Shown here one piece after another: positions 41,966 through 52,269 of a stretch of 64,000 nucleotides of DNA (its first letter is position 1; each line of letters opens with the position of its first letter). The notes beneath the pieces are model-generated. The model was not told where the DNA came from, did no database searches, and saw only the letters and a list, made by a program, of their open reading frames with translations. The position numbers and the translations under genes are program-made. The stretch comes from an uncultured Bacilli bacterium (GTDB lineage: Bacteria > Bacillota_I > Bacilli_A > RFN20 > CAG-826), in assembly GCA_944358985.1 (NCBI GenBank), contig CALVSI010000004.1, positions 28,102 through 92,101 on the forward strand. Reading direction: 5' to 3'.

Positions 41966-43012
41966 ATGTTTAAAAAAACTGAATTTGATTTATTTAAAAA
42001 ATATTGTCAAATAAATAGCGTTTCATCTTTTGAAAATAATGTTTGTAAACAATTAATTCAAGATTATAAAAAGCTAGGCTTGGAATTAATTTATGATAAT
42101 ATTGGCAACATTTTTGCCTTAAAAAAATCAAAAAATCCTCACGCTTTTAAAGTATTAATTGATGGGCATATGGATGAAGTTGGTTTTATTGTAAGAAGAA
42201 TATTAAAAAACGGATTAATTAATTGTCAGCCAATAGGAGGCATTTCCTTAAATAGTGTTTCTAGTCAAAGATTTTTATTAACCAACAAAGAAGGAAAGGC
42301 GTTTGTTGGTTGTGTGGATATTTTATCAATCAAAGATGATAGTAAAATTTATGATTTAAATTTTGATTTTGGTTTTAAAGATGAACAAGATGCTCAAAAT
42401 AATAATATAAAAATGGGCGATATGGTTTCGTTTATTGGCGAAACAGTTTTAATTAATAATAAAGAAAGACTGATGTCAAAAGCTATCGATGACCGTTATG
42501 GAATTGTTTTAGGATTAGAAATTTTAAAATATTTCAAGGATGTCGATTTAGATTTTGATTTATATGTTGGTGGTTCTGTCCAAGAAGAAGTAGGTTTAAG
42601 AGGGGCGAAAGTATCGCCAAATCATATCCAACCAGATTTAGTTATTGTCTTAGATTGTTCGCCAAGTCGTGAAACGATTCAAGATGATGGTCAACTTGGG
42701 AAAGGGGTCTTAATTAGATATCATGACGCTTCTATGATTGCAAAATCAAAACTTTTATCTTTTCAAGAAGAAGTATTAAAAAAACATCATATAAAATATC
42801 AATTTTTTAAAGCTCTTGGTGGCACAAACGCGGGAGCGTATCATACTTCTTTAGAAGGTATAAATACGTTTACACATTGTATATGTGCAAGAAATTTACA
42901 TAGTGCAAATACAATTATCGACAGCGGTGATTATCAATGTGCTAAAAAAGGATTAATTAAAATACTTCTTTCGTTAAATCATGATAAGATTGCATCATTG
43001 ATACAGCAATAA
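41966..43012 (+). CDS. M42 family aminopeptidase (glutamyl aminopeptidase/YsdC-like)
   Basis: GHMDEVGF, AIDDRYG and VQEEVGLRGA motifs. Confidence 0.85.
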   Translation: MFKKTEFDLFKKYCQINSVSSFENNVCKQLIQDYKKLGLELIYDNIGNIFALKKSKNPHAFKVLIDGHMDEVGFIVRRILKNGLINCQPIGGISLNSVSSQRFLLTNKEGKAFVGCVDILSIKDDSKIYDLNFDFGFKDEQDAQNNNIKMGDMVSFIGETVLINNKERLMSKAIDDRYGIVLGLEILKYFKDVDLDFDLYVGGSVQEEVGLRGAKVSPNHIQPDLVIVLDCSPSRETIQDDGQLGKGVLIRYHDASMIAKSKLLSFQEEVLKKHHIKYQFFKALGGTNAGAYHTSLEGINTFTHCICARNLHSANTIIDSGDYQCAKKGLIKILLSLNHDKIASLIQQ

Positions 43013-43059
43013 TAAAAAATAATAAATATTCGAAATTTGCATAGTTTTTTTAAAAATAA

Positions 43060-43088
43060 TTGGAAAAAATTATTACATGAGTTATCAT
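43060..43088 (+). promoter_or_regulatory. Sigma-A-like promoter TTGGAA-17-TATCAT for the lipoprotein gene
   Basis: Hexamers at 43060-43065 and 43083-43088. A GGAGG Shine-Dalgarno sequence follows. Confidence 0.4.
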
Positions 43089-43109
43089 TAAAACATACGG
43101 AGGATATTT

Positions 43110-43535
43110 ATGAAAAACATAGTTAAAGGATCAATTTTAAGTGCTGCTCTTTTGTTTTCGCTGACTGCTTGTGCTCCATCTGTTGACACAATGGTTGCTA
43201 ATTTGAAAAACAACGAATTCGAAGTTGTTGAAACAACAGATCAATCTGAATTATTAGGTCTTACTGCTACGATAAATCTTGCCTTAAAATTAATGGGTGA
43301 AGATTTTACAGTCAAAATTGTTTATATGGCAAGTGCAGGTAAAGTAGATGATGAAGGAGTCCACTCTGCTAGCATTGTGGAATTTGAAGATGGTAGTCAA
43401 GCTCAAAATGTCTATAATGTTTTAGGTGATGATGCACTTCAAGGCGGAGATGAAGAAGAATATGATGTAGTCGTTACAGGTGCCGCTATTGTTTCTTATA
43501 ATGACGATTACACAAAAGGTATTTTAGGCTTATAA
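43110..43535 (+). CDS. Small acidic lipoprotein, monocistronic
   Basis: Signal peptide with lipobox LTAC. Has its own promoter-like element and terminator. Confidence 0.6.
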   Translation: MKNIVKGSILSAALLFSLTACAPSVDTMVANLKNNEFEVVETTDQSELLGLTATINLALKLMGEDFTVKIVYMASAGKVDDEGVHSASIVEFEDGSQAQNVYNVLGDDALQGGDEEEYDVVVTGAAIVSYNDDYTKGILGL

Positions 43536-43557
43536 TTTATCTTGAAAAGTCATTTAA

Positions 43558-43585
43558 TAAAAAGACGGACAACCGTCTTTTTTTA
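43558..43585 (+). terminator. Intrinsic terminator
   Basis: AAAGACGG-acaa-CCGTCTTT stem followed by a T-run. Confidence 0.8.
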
Positions 43586-43655
43586 GTTTAAACATATAAA
43601 TGTTTACTTTATTGATTTAAAAACATAAAATATAAACTGCGGATTGGTAGAAAAA

Positions 43656-44759
43656 ATGGAAGAATTAGAAATTAAATTAAAAGAACAAGGTAAAATATCA
43701 AGATTAACAAACAAAACATTTAATTTTGATAAAAGATTGAAAGATGGTTTTTTTAGTGCAAATTATTTTTTAAAAACTCATCAAATAGTTTCACAAAATC
43801 TAAAAGGTCACATCGTTACTATGCAATGGTTTCAACGTCGTGATGATGTGATGCTATGCGGTATTGATGAGGCTATTGCTATTTTGCATACTTTTGCTCA
43901 TAATCCTCAAGATTTAGAAATTTTAGCATTAAATGATGGCGATATTATTAATAAAAACGAACCAGTTTTAAAAGTGAGCGGTCGTTATGAAGATTTTGGT
44001 TTTTTAGAAAGCGTAATTGATGGAATTTTAGCTAGAAGAAGTTCAGTCGCTACAAATGTTTATTGGGTAAAAAAAGTTCTTGGTGATAGTCCTTGTTTTT
44101 CAATGGCGGATCGTCAAGATGATTATTTAACGCAAATTGGTGATGGCTACGCTACTTATGTTGCAGGTATTAATAAAGTTTCCACTGATGCACAAGGTTT
44201 GTGGTGGGGTGGAAAAGGTATGGGAACAATGCCACACGCTTTGATAGAAATGTGCCAAGGCGACGTTTGTAAAGCTGCTGATTTATATCATAAAACTTTT
44301 CCAAATGAAAAAGTTACTGCTTTAATCGATTATAACAATGATGTAATAAGAGATTCTTTAAAACTTGCTAAACATTTAGGAAGAACTTTAAAAGCTGTCC
44401 GTGTTGATACTTCTTTATCTTTAATAGATCATTATTTTGATGATAAAGATACAACTGGTTTTGATCCGCATGGAGTTTGTAAAGAATTAATTTTTGCTTT
44501 AAGAAAAGCGTTAGATGATAACGGATTTGATTATGTAGAAATTGTCGTATCTTCTTCTTTTACAATGGAAAAAATTAAAGAATGGAAAAAATTAAATGTA
44601 CCAGTAGATTTATATGGTGTAGGAACTTATTTTGTTAATAATTCAACATGTGGATTTACTGGTGATTTGGTTCGTCTTGATGGAAAAATGGAAGCTAAAG
44701 AAGGACGATATGACATTCCTAGTGATCGATTAAAAAAGGTTAAATATCCAATTTATTAA
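43656..44759 (+). CDS. Nicotinate phosphoribosyltransferase family protein (type II PRTase)
   Basis: GKGMGTMPHALI, AVRVDTS and YGVGT motifs. Start is either ATG 43656 or TTG 43644. Confidence 0.6.
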   Translation: MEELEIKLKEQGKISRLTNKTFNFDKRLKDGFFSANYFLKTHQIVSQNLKGHIVTMQWFQRRDDVMLCGIDEAIAILHTFAHNPQDLEILALNDGDIINKNEPVLKVSGRYEDFGFLESVIDGILARRSSVATNVYWVKKVLGDSPCFSMADRQDDYLTQIGDGYATYVAGINKVSTDAQGLWWGGKGMGTMPHALIEMCQGDVCKAADLYHKTFPNEKVTALIDYNNDVIRDSLKLAKHLGRTLKAVRVDTSLSLIDHYFDDKDTTGFDPHGVCKELIFALRKALDDNGFDYVEIVVSSSFTMEKIKEWKKLNVPVDLYGVGTYFVNNSTCGFTGDLVRLDGKMEAKEGRYDIPSDRLKKVKYPIY

Positions 44760-44783
44760 AACTAGTAGAAAAGGGGAAATATT

Positions 44784-46037
44784 ATGAATAATGTTTTAGA
44801 TGATTTGTTGTATCGTGGATTAATTAAAGATTTTTCTAATCAAGAATTAATGCACGAATTATTAAACACAAAGCAAACAATATACTGTGGCTTTGATCCA
44901 AGTGCGTCAAGCATGCATGTCGGAAATTATGTGATGATTTCTCTTTTGATGCGCTTACAAAGAGCAGGACATAAAATTATTGCTCTTGTCGGCGGTGCAA
45001 CTGGAATGATTGGAGATCCATCCGGAAAAAGCAAAGAAAGAAATTTGCAAGACAAAGAAACTTTATATAAAAATACGCAAGCCATTAAGGAACAATTAGA
45101 GAAATTTATTGATTTAAGTGATCCTAATAAAGGAATTCTTTTAAATAATTACGATTGGCTTTCAAAAATATCTCTGCTTGATATGTTAAGAGATTATGGA
45201 AAATATTTTTCAATCAATTATTTATTAAGTAAAGATATAATTGCTTCAAGATTAGAAAGTGGAATATCTTTTACAGAATTTTCTTATAATATTTTACAAG
45301 CCATCGACTATTTGCATTTATATAAAAATTATGATTGCCATATTCAAATAGGTGGTTCTGATCAGTGGGGCAATCTCACCAGCGGTTTAGAATTAATTAG
45401 AAAAGTCGAACCAGATGCAAAATGTTCTGTAATGACTTGTCATCTAATTACGCGTGCTGATGGAAAAAAATTTGGAAAATCAGAACAAGGTGCTCTATTT
45501 TTAAATAAAGAATTAACCTCACCATATCAACTATATCAATATTTTTATAATGTGACTGATGATGATGCTTGCAAATATTTAAAAGTTTTCACATTTTTAG
45601 AAAAAGAAGAAATTGAAAAAATAATCAAAGAACATTTATCAAATCTTGGTCAAAGAATTGCTCAAAAAGTTCTTGCTTATGAGATTTGTAAAGATATTCA
45701 TGGAAAAGAAGAAGCTGATAACGCTGTGATGATGTCTAATTCATTGTTTAGTGGGGATGTTACTAAATTAAATGAAAAACAGTTATTGGAAGTTTTTAAT
45801 GGATTAACATATGAATATGATGGTAAAAGAATCAATATTTTAGATGCTTTATTATTAACTAAATCCGCTTCTAGTAAGCGCGAAGCGAGACAATTTTTAT
45901 CAAGTAACGCTGTCAGCGTCAATTCAAACAAAATTAATGACGAAACATATACTTTAGACACAAGCAATGCTTTATATAATAAATATATAGTCATTAGACG
46001 TGGGAAAAAGGTATACTCGCTACTTTGTTTAAAATAA
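44784..46037 (+). CDS. tyrS: Tyrosyl-tRNA synthetase
   Basis: HVGN (HIGH-type) and KFGKS (KMSKS-type) motifs, with a C-terminal S4-like domain. Confidence 0.95.
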   Translation: MNNVLDDLLYRGLIKDFSNQELMHELLNTKQTIYCGFDPSASSMHVGNYVMISLLMRLQRAGHKIIALVGGATGMIGDPSGKSKERNLQDKETLYKNTQAIKEQLEKFIDLSDPNKGILLNNYDWLSKISLLDMLRDYGKYFSINYLLSKDIIASRLESGISFTEFSYNILQAIDYLHLYKNYDCHIQIGGSDQWGNLTSGLELIRKVEPDAKCSVMTCHLITRADGKKFGKSEQGALFLNKELTSPYQLYQYFYNVTDDDACKYLKVFTFLEKEEIEKIIKEHLSNLGQRIAQKVLAYEICKDIHGKEEADNAVMMSNSLFSGDVTKLNEKQLLEVFNGLTYEYDGKRINILDALLLTKSASSKREARQFLSSNAVSVNSNKINDETYTLDTSNALYNKYIVIRRGKKVYSLLCLK

Positions 46038-46060
46038 ATAGTTTATTTAATTAGTAAAAT

Positions 46061-46090
46061 AAAAAAAGTTCATCGTATGATGAACTTTTT
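46061..46090. terminator. Bidirectional intrinsic terminator
   Basis: AGTTCATC-gtat-GATGAACT 8-bp stem flanked by an A-run and a T-run. Confidence 0.8.
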
Positions 46091-46110
46091 AAAACCACAT
46101 TTTTTAAAAA

Positions 46111-46716
46111 TTATAACTTACGGTTATAGTATTCAACAATTTGTGATTCGGCAATGTCTAATGGTAACTCATTACGGCTTGGTTCACGAACAAATGTACC
46201 TGAAAAATGTTCTTTATCAACATTAACATAAGCACAACTATTAGCGATGATTTCTAAAGATTCTTTAATTACTTTCATATTTTGATCTTTTTCTGGAATT
46301 GAAATAACATCATTAATAGAACATAAATATGAAGGAATTGTTACCTTTTTACCATTTACTAAGACATGGCCATGATTTACTAATTGTCTTGCCGCTTTAC
46401 GAGTGCGTGCAAAACCCATACGGAACACTAAGTTATCAAGTCTTGATTCTAATAATTTCATGAAAGCAAAACCAGTAACTTCTTTGCTTTTCAATGCAAG
46501 CATGAATAAACGTCTAAATTGACGTTCGTTAACGCCATACATAGTTCTTAATTTTTGTTTTTCAAGCAATTGTTTGCCGTATTCACTCGCTTTTTTCTTA
46601 CGATCTTTGCCGTGTTGACCCGGACCATAAGGACGTCTTGATAATTCTTTTCCAGTTTCTAAGATAGAAAAGTTAAGATGACGAGATTTTTTCCAATCAG
46701 AACCAGTGTATCTCAT
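46111..46716 (-). CDS. rpsD: 30S ribosomal protein S4
   Basis: MRYTGSDWKKSR N-terminus preceded by AAGGAG. The upstream 27 codons of the ORF track are judged spurious. Confidence 0.93.
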   Translation of the reverse strand: MRYTGSDWKKSRHLNFSILETGKELSRRPYGPGQHGKDRKKKASEYGKQLLEKQKLRTMYGVNERQFRRLFMLALKSKEVTGFAFMKLLESRLDNLVFRMGFARTRKAARQLVNHGHVLVNGKKVTIPSYLCSINDVISIPEKDQNMKVIKESLEIIANSCAYVNVDKEHFSGTFVREPSRNELPLDIAESQIVEYYNRKL

Positions 46717-47025
46717 TGATATTTCTCCTTTCTTTATTTGTTTTGTGCAAATAATGACAGGGATTAATTCCTGCTTCGGGTGTTTAATATTCGCCATTTA
46801 GCATTGGTTACTTATTTTATTAAACATCAGACAAGCAATATTAACCTGCTAGATTACATGCAAAAGTAAATATACATATAAATATGTATTAAGTCAAATA
46901 TTTTTTTTAATATTTTTTTAATACGAAATTTAATTACTTTTCATTTTATGTCTATAAAAATAATATAATTTTATTTAAAATTATTTTCGACTAGGCTAGA
47001 ATATTATTAGTGTAAAGAGGAAAAA

Positions 47026-48768
47026 ATGATACAGCCATATTTATTAGTAGATTCAAATACGTTACCTTGGATTATTGTTGGTATAGTTTTAGGTGTTGCT
47101 ATATTAGCGGTAATATTATTTTTATTATTCAAATTTGTTTTCATTAGAAAAAGATATGAAAAGCAAATCAAAGAATTAGATCGTAGATATTCTTATTTAG
47201 ATGCACTAATGATTGGACAAGATGCTCAATATATTAAAAGACTTGAAATGATTAGTCGCACTAACTTGTTATATGTCGACAAATATAATGAATATCAAAA
47301 GAAATTTAAAAAAGTTTTTGAAATTGACGATAAGTACGCTCAAGGTGTGATTAGACAATTAAAAACTTTAATAGACAATAAGCAATATCGCCAATTAAAG
47401 CAAGCTATTCAAGAAGGCAAAAAAGCTATTGCCGCTTTTGAAAGTAGTGCTAATCAATTGGATAGCGAATTAACTAAATTAATTAAACCAGAAGAAGAAG
47501 CACGTCAATTAGCTTTAAGACTTAAAGAAAATTTAAGAAGTGTGAAACAAACGTATGCTAACAATTTGTCTGATTTGGAATTAGTTAGTAATTCTCTTGA
47601 ACGAATATTTGAAAAACTAGACAATACTTTCAACGAGTTTGATATGCATATTGATAGTGCTGAATATGATGACGCAAACGATTTGCTCCCGGTAGTGGAT
47701 AAAGTCATCGAACAATTAAAGAACGTTTTAGTGGATCTACCTAAATTATGCGTTTTGGTAGGGAAAATATTACCAGAAAAAGTGTCATCATTAGAAAACG
47801 AAAGCGATTCCTTAACAATGCAAGGATATCCTTTACATCATTTGTTATTAACAAAGAAATTCGAAGAATATAACAACGAATTAAATAATCTAAAAAATCG
47901 TTTGACTTCTCTTAATATCAAAGATGTAAAAGAAGATATCGATAAATTTCAAAATGATATTGAAATCATGCATGATAATTTTAGAAAAGAAGTGGATGCT
48001 AAAATTTATTTTGATCAAAATCAAAACGATATTTATAACAAAGTATTAATATTAGAGAAAAACTTTTTGCGATTAGTTTCCCTTTTACCTGAAATGAATC
48101 GTGTTTATAAAATAAGTGAAGAAGAAACAAAACGCATCAATGTTTTAAAAGATGATATTAACCAATTGGGTAGTAGTAAAAGAGTTCTTGATACTTTTGT
48201 ACATTCATCCACTCCTCAACCATATTCTATTTTGCAAGTAAAATTAGAAAAATTAATTGATGATTATAATTCTGTTAGTAAAGAAGTCAGTGATTTTAAA
48301 GTATTTTTAGAGTCGCTAAAACTTACTTCCGAGGAAGCTTATAATCTTGTATTTTCATACTATTATCGTTTAAAGCAATGCGAGTTACAATTACAAAACA
48401 TTGCAATCAATGCAACAATAGAAAAATATCAACCTAAAATAGAGCAATGCTATCAATTATTAAACGAAATAGAAGAAATCATCAAAGTCACACCCATTGA
48501 TATGAAATTGATAACAAGTAAAGTTGATGAATTAAAAACTATTACCAATGACTTATTTGACAGTGTCAATAATACTAGCAATGTTTCACAAATGGCGGAA
48601 TCCGCGATATTATACGCTAATAGAGATCGCAAACATCAAATTGATGTTCACCAACAACTTTTATTAAGCGAACAATTGTTTTTTAATGGAGAATTTGAAA
48701 AAACGTATCATGATGTTGTCTCATTATTAAAGACAAAGCATGTTGAAGACGGAAATAACAATAATTAA
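47026..48768 (+). CDS. ezrA: Septation ring formation regulator EzrA
   Basis: N-terminal TM segment, about 550 aa of coiled coil, and a C-terminal YANRDR patch. Confidence 0.8.
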   Translation: MIQPYLLVDSNTLPWIIVGIVLGVAILAVILFLLFKFVFIRKRYEKQIKELDRRYSYLDALMIGQDAQYIKRLEMISRTNLLYVDKYNEYQKKFKKVFEIDDKYAQGVIRQLKTLIDNKQYRQLKQAIQEGKKAIAAFESSANQLDSELTKLIKPEEEARQLALRLKENLRSVKQTYANNLSDLELVSNSLERIFEKLDNTFNEFDMHIDSAEYDDANDLLPVVDKVIEQLKNVLVDLPKLCVLVGKILPEKVSSLENESDSLTMQGYPLHHLLLTKKFEEYNNELNNLKNRLTSLNIKDVKEDIDKFQNDIEIMHDNFRKEVDAKIYFDQNQNDIYNKVLILEKNFLRLVSLLPEMNRVYKISEEETKRINVLKDDINQLGSSKRVLDTFVHSSTPQPYSILQVKLEKLIDDYNSVSKEVSDFKVFLESLKLTSEEAYNLVFSYYYRLKQCELQLQNIAINATIEKYQPKIEQCYQLLNEIEEIIKVTPIDMKLITSKVDELKTITNDLFDSVNNTSNVSQMAESAILYANRDRKHQIDVHQQLLLSEQLFFNGEFEKTYHDVVSLLKTKHVEDGNNNN

Positions 48769-48770
48769 TT

Positions 48771-49907
48771 ATGATTTATTTTGATAATGCCGCATCAACA
48801 AAGCCAGATAGAGATATCATTGATAAGTATTGCGAAATTAATAATAAATATTTTGCAAATCCTTCATCTTTAAATAGTTTTTCAAAAGAATGCGAATATT
48901 TATTTAATAAAGCAAAAAACCAAATTTTGAATAATTTACATCTTAAAAACTACAATATTATTTTTACAAGCGGGGCTAGTGAATCTAACTCCCTTGCTTT
49001 GATAGGATATGTTTTAAGAAACTTAAACAAGGGAGATCATATAATAGTAAGTGAAGTTGAGCACGCTTCTATTTTAAGTGCTGCTAAATTTTTGTCAGAA
49101 ACATATAATGTTAAAGTATCATATTTAAAAGTTAAAAGTGATGGACAGTTTGATATAGAACATTTTAAACAATTAATAAATGAGCAGACAATTTTAGTTT
49201 CTTTAATGCAGGTAAATAATGAAATAGGAACAATTTACAATTTTTATGATATTAAATCAATTTTAAAAAAATATCCAAAAGTTATTTTACATAGCGATGC
49301 TTGTCAAGGATTAGGAAAAGTTGATTGCGATTATAATATTTTTGATATGATGACTTTTTCTGCACATAAAATACATGGTTTAAAAGGCTGCGGATGTCTT
49401 ATTTTTAAAAATAATATCAAGTTAAATCCTATTATTTTTGGTGGTAATCAGCAATTAGAAATTAGAAGTGGAACATTAGATATCGCTAACGCAATATGTT
49501 TTGCAATGGCTATAAGAAAAGCATTAAATGATTTTAAAATTAATTATTCTATAATTAAAAACATTCACGAAGAAATTTATAGTTACTTAAAACAAAACCC
49601 TATATTATATGAATTAAATAGTCAATTCGATGATTGCCCCTATATTATTAATTTTTCTTTAAAAACAAAGAAAGCATCAGTGGTTTGTGAAGCATTATCG
49701 ATGAAAGGTATTATGCTTACAACTGTCAGTGCTTGTTCTAGTCATGTTGATTCATCAAGTTATGTTGTTAAAGCATTAAATAAAAATAAAGATATTTATA
49801 ATAATACTCTTCGAATTTCATTTGACAAAAATAATACTATAGAAGACGCTAAAGAATTCATAAATATTCTAGATGAAACAATTAAGGAGCTTAAAGATGC
49901 AAGATAA
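48771..49907 (+). CDS. Cysteine desulfurase (NifZ/IscS-like, ThiI partner)
   Basis: PLP-lysine motif SAHKIHG and active-site loop VSACSS. Immediately upstream of thiI. Confidence 0.85.
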   Translation: MIYFDNAASTKPDRDIIDKYCEINNKYFANPSSLNSFSKECEYLFNKAKNQILNNLHLKNYNIIFTSGASESNSLALIGYVLRNLNKGDHIIVSEVEHASILSAAKFLSETYNVKVSYLKVKSDGQFDIEHFKQLINEQTILVSLMQVNNEIGTIYNFYDIKSILKKYPKVILHSDACQGLGKVDCDYNIFDMMTFSAHKIHGLKGCGCLIFKNNIKLNPIIFGGNQQLEIRSGTLDIANAICFAMAIRKALNDFKINYSIIKNIHEEIYSYLKQNPILYELNSQFDDCPYIINFSLKTKKASVVCEALSMKGIMLTTVSACSSHVDSSSYVVKALNKNKDIYNNTLRISFDKNNTIEDAKEFINILDETIKELKDAR

Positions 49908-51078
49908 TTTATATTTAATGGTGCATTTTGGCGAATTAAATACAAAAGGCAAAAACAAAAAAGATTTTATTCACCAATTGGCAAAAAATATTAAAAATTC
50001 TTTAAAAGATTTTAATAACCTTTATTATGATGTTCTTCATGATCATATTTATATAAAAATAGATGAAACTTGTATTAATGAAGTAATAGATATTTTAAAA
50101 GATATTTCGGGAATTAAAAAAATATCGATTGTTTATAAATGCCAAAAAGAAATTAATGATATTATAAATAATGTTTTTAAGTTAATTGATGATGAAAAAG
50201 ATAAAACTTTTAAACTAAATTGCAAACGTGCGGACAAGACATTTTTACCGCATTCTGATGAAATAATACATCAAATCGCCACTAAAATATTAAAAAATAC
50301 AAAATTGAAAGTCGATGTACATAATCCAGATAAAAATATTCATATTGAAATAAGATATGAAGCTGCATATGTATATTGTAAGTCGATTTTAGGAGCGGGC
50401 GGTTATCCATTAGGAGTCTCAGGCAAAGCGTTAGTGATGTTAAGTGGTGGAATAGATTCGCCTGTCGCAGCATATATGATGATGAAAAGAGGCGTAAAAA
50501 TAGAATGCATTCATTTTGCTTCACCTCCATATACACAAATTGGTGTCATTTATAAATTGTATGATTTATTACACGTTTTAAATCGTTATCAAGAAAAAAT
50601 TAATCTTTTGATAGTGCCGTTTACAAAAATTCAGGATGCGATATATTCAAATTGTCCTGAAAGCTATGCAATTACAATTATGCGAAGAATGATGTATCGC
50701 ATTAGTGAGGCTATTTTAAAGCAAAGAAAATGTTTAGCCATTGTTAATGGTGAATCAATTGGACAAGTTGCTAGCCAAACTCTTGTATCGATGGACACAA
50801 TAAATAAAGTAATATCTAGCGTAGTTATTCGCCCATTAGCGTGTTTTGATAAAGTTGATATTATAGATATTTCTAAAAAAATAAAAACCTATGATGTTTC
50901 AATTCGTCCATATGAGGACTGTTGTACCATTTTTACTCCAAAAAATCCCAAAACATCGCCAAAAGAAGAAGATGTTGTTCCTTTTGAAAAACGTTTTGAT
51001 TATCAATCACTAATTGATGAAGCAATAAAAAATACAAAAATTGAAACGATTAGTTTAGATAACGAAAATGAATTTTAA
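49897..51078 (+). CDS. thiI: tRNA 4-thiouridine synthase ThiI (no rhodanese domain)
   Basis: THUMP region followed by PP-loop SGGIDSPVA. Start at ATG 49897, after AAGGAG. Confidence 0.9.
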   Translation: MQDNLYLMVHFGELNTKGKNKKDFIHQLAKNIKNSLKDFNNLYYDVLHDHIYIKIDETCINEVIDILKDISGIKKISIVYKCQKEINDIINNVFKLIDDEKDKTFKLNCKRADKTFLPHSDEIIHQIATKILKNTKLKVDVHNPDKNIHIEIRYEAAYVYCKSILGAGGYPLGVSGKALVMLSGGIDSPVAAYMMMKRGVKIECIHFASPPYTQIGVIYKLYDLLHVLNRYQEKINLLIVPFTKIQDAIYSNCPESYAITIMRRMMYRISEAILKQRKCLAIVNGESIGQVASQTLVSMDTINKVISSVVIRPLACFDKVDIIDISKKIKTYDVSIRPYEDCCTIFTPKNPKTSPKEEDVVPFEKRFDYQSLIDEAIKNTKIETISLDNENEF

Positions 51079-51107
51079 AAAAAGTAAGCATGGTTGCTTA
51101 CTTTTTA
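51077..51107. terminator. Bidirectional intrinsic terminator
   Basis: AGTAAGCA-tggt-TGCTTACT 8-bp stem flanked by an A-run and a T-run. Confidence 0.8.
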
Positions 51108-51129
51108 TTTGAACTTAATTTAATAATAC

Positions 51130-51477
51130 TTATTTTGAAACTGATTTTACCAAAGCTTCAAAACCTTTAAAATCATTGATAGCCATTTCTGCTAACATCT
51201 TACGATTAATTTCAATATTATTAACTTTCAAGTTATGCATGAATTGACTATAAGAAACGTTGCACATTCTACAAGCAGCGTTTATTCTTCTAATCCATAA
51301 TTTTCTAAAATCACGTTTGATATTACGGCGATCGATATAAGCATAGCGATGTGAACGTAATACTTGTTCTTTTGCGGTTTTAAATAAAACGTGTTTGCTT
51401 CCCCAATAGCCTTTTGCTTGTTTTAAAATTTTCTTACGACGTGCGTGGGTAACAGTGCCGCCTTTAACTCTTGCCAT
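51130..51477 (-). CDS. rplT: 50S ribosomal protein L20
   Basis: [17 protein letters not shown]-terminus. Confidence 0.96.
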   Translation of the reverse strand: MARVKGGTVTHARRKKILKQAKGYWGSKHVLFKTAKEQVLRSHRYAYIDRRNIKRDFRKLWIRRINAACRMCNVSYSQFMHNLKVNNIEINRKMLAEMAINDFKGFEALVKSVSK

Positions 51478-51488
51478 TGCTATACCTC

Positions 51489-51683
51489 CTATTTCTGAAT
51501 GAGAAATTTAATTCTCTTATAATCAGTATTGTGCATAACTGATGCTTTTCTTAAATGTCTTTTTTGTTTGTGAGTTTTGTGTGGTGCTAAATGTGATGTG
51601 TAAGCGGAATGTCTCACAATTTTTCCGCTGCCAGTGACTTTAATTCTTTTTGTTAAAGCCTTTTTGCTTTTCATTTTTGGCAT
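51489..51683 (-). CDS. rpmI: 50S ribosomal protein L35
   Basis: [14 protein letters not shown]-terminus; 64 aa. Confidence 0.95.
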   Translation of the reverse strand: MPKMKSKKALTKRIKVTGSGKIVRHSAYTSHLAPHKTHKQKRHLRKASVMHNTDYKRIKFLIQK

Positions 51684-51701
51684 ATTTTTTTCCTCCTTAC
51701 T

Positions 51702-52268
51702 TTACTGCTTTTTTGGAGCGATTATCGCAATTAATAGACGTCCATCTAATGAAGGTTGTCTTTCAACTTGTGAAAATTCACTAGTCAAGTCAATGAATTT
51801 TAATATTGTTTCCATACCAACTTCAGGATGAGCTAATTGACGTCCGCGGAAACGAAGTGCAATTTTTACTTTGTTTCCATCTTGCAAGAAACTTATTGCT
51901 TTTTTTGCTTTGATTTGCATGTCATGAAGACCAATTTGTGGTGTTAGTTGTATTTCCTTGTTTTCAACTACTTTTTGATTTTTCTTCGCCATTTTGGCCT
52001 TTTTTTGTTGTTCATAACGATACTTACCATAATTAACAAGTTTACAGACTGGCGGATTAGAATTAGGCGATACACAAAGCAGATCTAATTCCATTTCATT
52101 AGCTTTTAATTGGGCATCACGGCTAGACATGGTACCTAATTGTTCACCATCATTACCGATAAGTCTTACTAAAGGAAAGCGTATCTGGCTGTTTAATAAG
52201 ACATTATTTTTCTTATCTGGTTTTTGTTGTGGGTTTACTTGACTGTTGTTAGTTACGATATTTATCAA
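51702..52268 (-). CDS. infC: Translation initiation factor IF-3 (non-ATG start; exact start uncertain)
   Basis: Conserved IRFPLVRLIGNDGEQLG lies upstream of the first in-frame ATG. Candidate starts are TTG 52268, ATA 52265 and ATC 52259. AAGGAG is at 52269-52274. Confidence 0.9.
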   Translation of the reverse strand: MINIVTNNSQVNPQQKPDKKNNVLLNSQIRFPLVRLIGNDGEQLGTMSSRDAQLKANEMELDLLCVSPNSNPPVCKLVNYGKYRYEQQKKAKMAKKNQKVVENKEIQLTPQIGLHDMQIKAKKAISFLQDGNKVKIALRFRGRQLAHPEVGMETILKFIDLTSEFSQVERQPSLDGRLLIAIIAPKKQ

Positions 52269-52269
52269 C

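Noticed and set aside
43110-43535. Locally higher G+C in the small lipoprotein gene, as a possible sign of horizontal transfer.
   Set aside because: Hand counts of a few 60-nt lines give values similar to conserved genes such as atpD. Ala/Gly-rich composition explains it, and there are no flanking mobility genes or repeats.
46717-46860. N-terminal extension of the rpsD ORF, and a possible S4 autoregulatory leader RNA.
   Set aside because: The extension is spurious, since MRYTGSDWK with AAGGAG is the true start. A leader is plausible by analogy with Bacillus. I could find only a weak hairpin (CAGGAATTAATCCCTG) and cannot support a structured element from sequence alone.
51078-51130. Switch from predominantly plus-strand genes (10-51 kb) to predominantly minus-strand genes (51-64 kb), as a possible replication terminus.
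   Set aside because: I cannot compute GC skew reliably by eye and saw no dif-like site near the junction. Other local strand switches occur throughout the window, and the junction is explained by an ordinary bidirectional terminator.
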